DNA of 64,000 nt from contig JAJXWS010000001.1 in assembly GCA_021781495.1 (NCBI GenBank), positions 73,551-137,550 on the forward strand. Reading direction: 5' to 3'. A program made the translations under genes and the position numbers. The first letter of the stretch is position 1, and every line of letters starts with the position of its first letter. The notes beneath the pieces were generated by a model. That model searched no databases and was not told the DNA's origin. It saw only the letters and a program-made list of their open reading frames with translations. The DNA is from Acidobacteriota bacterium (GTDB lineage Bacteria > Acidobacteriota > Terriglobia > Terriglobales > Acidobacteriaceae). Shown here one piece after another: positions 61,504-64,000 of the stretch.

Positions 61504-64000
61504 TTAGAACTGGATGCGCATGGAGAATTCGAGCTGACGCGGCGTTCCACCCGCACCCTGCCCGGAGATGACGCCATCAGACTCGATATTGCCACTCGGG
61601 TTGCCGGGATTGATGTGGTTGAAGGCGTTGAACGCATCCATGCGGAACTTCGTAACGATGTTCTCGTGGATCGTGAATGCCTTCGTGATCGCCAGGTCGT
61701 CGTTGAAGAACGCCGGCCCGAAGTAAGTGTTACGCTTCACGTTGCCGATGTTGTCCAGGCCCGGATTCTTGAATACTCCGGTTCCCGGGTCGGTCAGCAG
61801 GTTCGACGTCTGCTTCGTGTACAGTCTGCGCGTGCCCGTGCCGCCGCTGCCGGCCTGGAAGCCCGTGAGGCTGGTCTTCATCCGTGCACCGCCGTTCGAG
61901 CTAGGCCAGCCCGGCGCGCTCCACGGCACGTTGGTGTTCGATTCGTTGTAGCCCAGGCTGTACGGCAGACCGCTTGCATAGGTCAGCACCGTGCTCAGCT
62001 GATAGCCGCCGATCAGCAGGTCGGTCATGCGGTTCACGCCGCCGCCAAACTGCTTGCCCTTGCCGAACGGCAGGTCATAGCTGCCGTAGCCGGTCAACTG
62101 CTGCAGACGCGTATTGCTGTCGCGTCCGTGGGTGATCGTGTGATCCCACGTGTAGTAGCCCGACTGCGTGTCAAAGGCGCTTGCCCACTGGTAGTTCGCC
62201 GTCCATGACAGCCCATGGCTCATCTGTTGCGCCAGGGTCACCTGCAGAGCGTCGAATTCCGTGTTCTGGTTGTCGCCGTAGTAGTTGATGCCGTTCGTCC
62301 AGCCGCACATTCCGGCCGTCACGTAGGGCTCTTCCGGTGTCGAGTAGTTGGCGTCCTTGCAGGCTGTCAGGCTTCCGCCGTAGTAGCGCTGCAGGAAGTT
62401 CGTGGTCGACGTTCCACCGTTGGACGCGATCGTGTTCTGCGGCACGCTCGGATCCCAGTGCAGTGACTGGCCGTTCACCGAGTAGCTGGACGGCAGGTTG
62501 ATGGCAGGCTCGTTCGGGTTGGTGTTGTTGCTGTCACCGTCACCCAGCGTATGCGTGCCCTTGTTGGCCACGTACGCCACGGTCACCGTCAGGTTGTTGG
62601 TCAGCGCGCGCTGCACGCTCAGGTTCCACGCATCGATCGTCGGGTAGCTGAGCGGGTTCGGGCGAGCCTTGGTCGTTACCTGCGAACCAGGGTTCGGCAG
62701 CAGGCCGTTGCTCGGCACTGAGACCGGCGTTGGAGCATACGGGCCCTGCGACAGCGTGAACGCCGGAGCAATCGTCGTCGCCTGGCTGATCTGCTGGTTG
62801 GCCAGTACAGGCAGGTTCTGCGTCACCACGTGGCCGAAGATCGATCCGAACACGCCGATGTCGAAGCTCCGTCCGTAACCGGCGCGGATGACCGTCTTGT
62901 CGTCCAGCTGGTAGCTCACGCCGATACGCGGCGCAAACATCTTCGACGGGCTGTAGCTCCAGCCCATGTTCGTACCGATGCCGCCTACGCCGGCCACGTG
63001 CAGATAGCCGTCGTTCAGGTTCATCAGCGCGCCGTTGCCCGCCGCGTTCACAGCCTCGGGGAAGTAGATCTCATACCGCAGACCCAGGTTCACCGTCAGG
63101 TTGTGCGTCGCGCGCCAGGTGTCCTGCGCATAGAAGAACGTGCGCTTCTGGAATTCCTTCGCGTTGGTAGACGTCGAGACAAAGCGGTTGAAGCTCGTCA
63201 CGTCGCCCAGCAGGTAGGTGGCAAAGCCCAGGCCGCCCTGTGTCTCCGCCGCCGGATCCGACGTCGGGCCGCCGCTGAAGTTCAACAGGCCGGCGCGGTC
63301 GTTGTCCGAGGGAACGCGCAGGTTGCGGGCGTAGCGAAGGTCAGCGCCCATCTTGAAGGAGTGGTTGCCGATGATCTTCGTCCAGTTGTTCACAATCTGG
63401 AACTGGTCTTCGCGCTCTGTCAACGGGCAGTTGCAACGGTTGATGTTCAGGCCGTCGCCATACAGAGGCTGCGAGCTGCCGCCCGGCACGTAGCCGATAA
63501 AGAAGCCCGGCGAGCCGCCCGTAAAGTAGTTGCCCATGTTGATGCCCGGAATGCCCAGCTGGTTCGCAAACTGCACACTCTGGTCATGCTTGGAGTCGAT
63601 CACGTTGTAGCGGTAGTAGCCCAGACGGAAGTCCGTCAGCAGCTTCGGGTTGACCGCGATGTCCATGCCCGAGGCCAGGCTGTCGTTCGCGCCCTTGGCG
63701 TTGCCGCCAAAGTTGCCCAGACCAAAGCCCGGTCCGCCCGCCGCGCCAAACGCAACCTTGCCCGTCAGCGTGCTGGTAAACCGCGAGAAGCGCTCGAAGA
63801 TGTGCGCCTTATCGTTCAGCGTGTAGTCCACGCGCTCCGTCCACGAGTCCGTGTTCACGATGCCCGTGCCGTTGCCGTGGAAGTTCGAGTCCAGTCCGCC
63901 CACCGAGCCGGTCGAGTTCAGACCAATGTTCGTGGTGTAAGGCGCCAGGTAGGTCAGCAGGTTCAGAGCCGGCTGCGACAGGCGCGAAAGCGGAACCACG
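61504..64000 (-). CDS. TonB-dependent receptor (Oar type), C-terminal part (starts beyond the right edge)
   Basis: Open frame to the window edge; NLGLRYEIY, APRIGVSY, RAGYGRSF, C-terminal PRQLEFSMRIQF. Confidence 0.92.
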   Translation of the reverse strand, partial: VVPLSRLSQPALNLLTYLAPYTTNIGLNSTGSVGGLDSNFHGNGTGIVNTDSWTERVDYTLNDKAHIFERFSRFTSTLTGKVAFGAAGGPGFGLGNFGGNAKGANDSLASGMDIAVNPKLLTDFRLGYYRYNVIDSKHDQSVQFANQLGIPGINMGNYFTGGSPGFFIGYVPGGSSQPLYGDGLNINRCNCPLTEREDQFQIVNNWTKIIGNHSFKMGADLRYARNLRVPSDNDRAGLLNFSGGPTSDPAAETQGGLGFATYLLGDVTSFNRFVSTSTNAKEFQKRTFFYAQDTWRATHNLTVNLGLRYEIYFPEAVNAAGNGALMNLNDGYLHVAGVGGIGTNMGWSYSPSKMFAPRIGVSYQLDDKTVIRAGYGRSFDIGVFGSIFGHVVTQNLPVLANQQISQATTIAPAFTLSQGPYAPTPVSVPSNGLLPNPGSQVTTKARPNPLSYPTIDAWNLSVQRALTNNLTVTVAYVANKGTHTLGDGDSNNTNPNEPAINLPSSYSVNGQSLHWDPSVPQNTIASNGGTSTTNFLQRYYGGSLTACKDANYSTPEEPYVTAGMCGWTNGINYYGDNQNTEFDALQVTLAQQMSHGLSWTANYQWASAFDTQSGYYTWDHTITHGRDSNTRLQQLTGYGSYDLPFGKGKQFGGGVNRMTDLLIGGYQLSTVLTYASGLPYSLGYNESNTNVPWSAPGWPSSNGGARMKTSLTGFQAGSGGTGTRRLYTKQTSNLLTDPGTGVFKNPGLDNIGNVKRNTYFGPAFFNDDLAITKAFTIHENIVTKFRMDAFNAFNHINPGNPSGNIESDGVISGQGAGGTPRQLEFSMRIQF

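Noticed and set aside
1-64000. CRISPR arrays, tRNA/rRNA genes, IS elements or prophage genes
   Set aside because: By eye I found no regularly spaced DNA repeats with unique spacers, no tRNA T-loop/acceptor pattern and no transposase, integrase or phage motifs. The repeats seen are protein-level (TPR, propeller, Ig). A covariance-model search was not possible.

Overview
GC-rich bacterial chromosomal window. The gene content (four Oar/carboxypeptidase-regulatory-type TonB-dependent receptors, several TPR proteins, many secreted glycoside hydrolases) points by inference to Acidobacteriota (Terriglobia/Acidobacteriaceae-like). Most of it is a series of SusD-less polysaccharide-utilisation loci for pectin, arabinan, galactan and beta-glucan: GH51, GH43, GH35, tandem CE12, GH28, GH2, GH16, GH5 and a GtaA/DUF4965-like protein. 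These carry their own regulators (two NarL-type two-component systems, two LacI repressors, an orphan sugar-binding protein). Interleaved are a small envelope-glycan cluster (O-antigen-ligase-like protein, Zn-ribbon membrane protein, UpxY-type antiterminator), a sigma54 activator with a FadL-like porin and a clear -24/-12 promoter, citrate synthase (gltA), a deletion remnant of a TPR + ASPIC/UnbV gene pair, and a metal/redox island at about 52.7-56.9 kb. The best candidate for an undescribed system is in that island. A Cys/Met-rich signal-peptide ORF ending ...VFRI-stop is followed 4 nt later by an anti-Shine-Dalgarno able to sequester the RBS of a His/Met-rich secreted protein. The island and gltA also carry five CRP/FNR-type GTGA-N6-TCAC boxes, two at the class II (-41.5) position relative to a -10-like hexamer. 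No tRNA, rRNA, CRISPR array or IS element was seen. Family calls come from motif recognition by eye, not database searches. Many start codons were moved inward from the ORF track.
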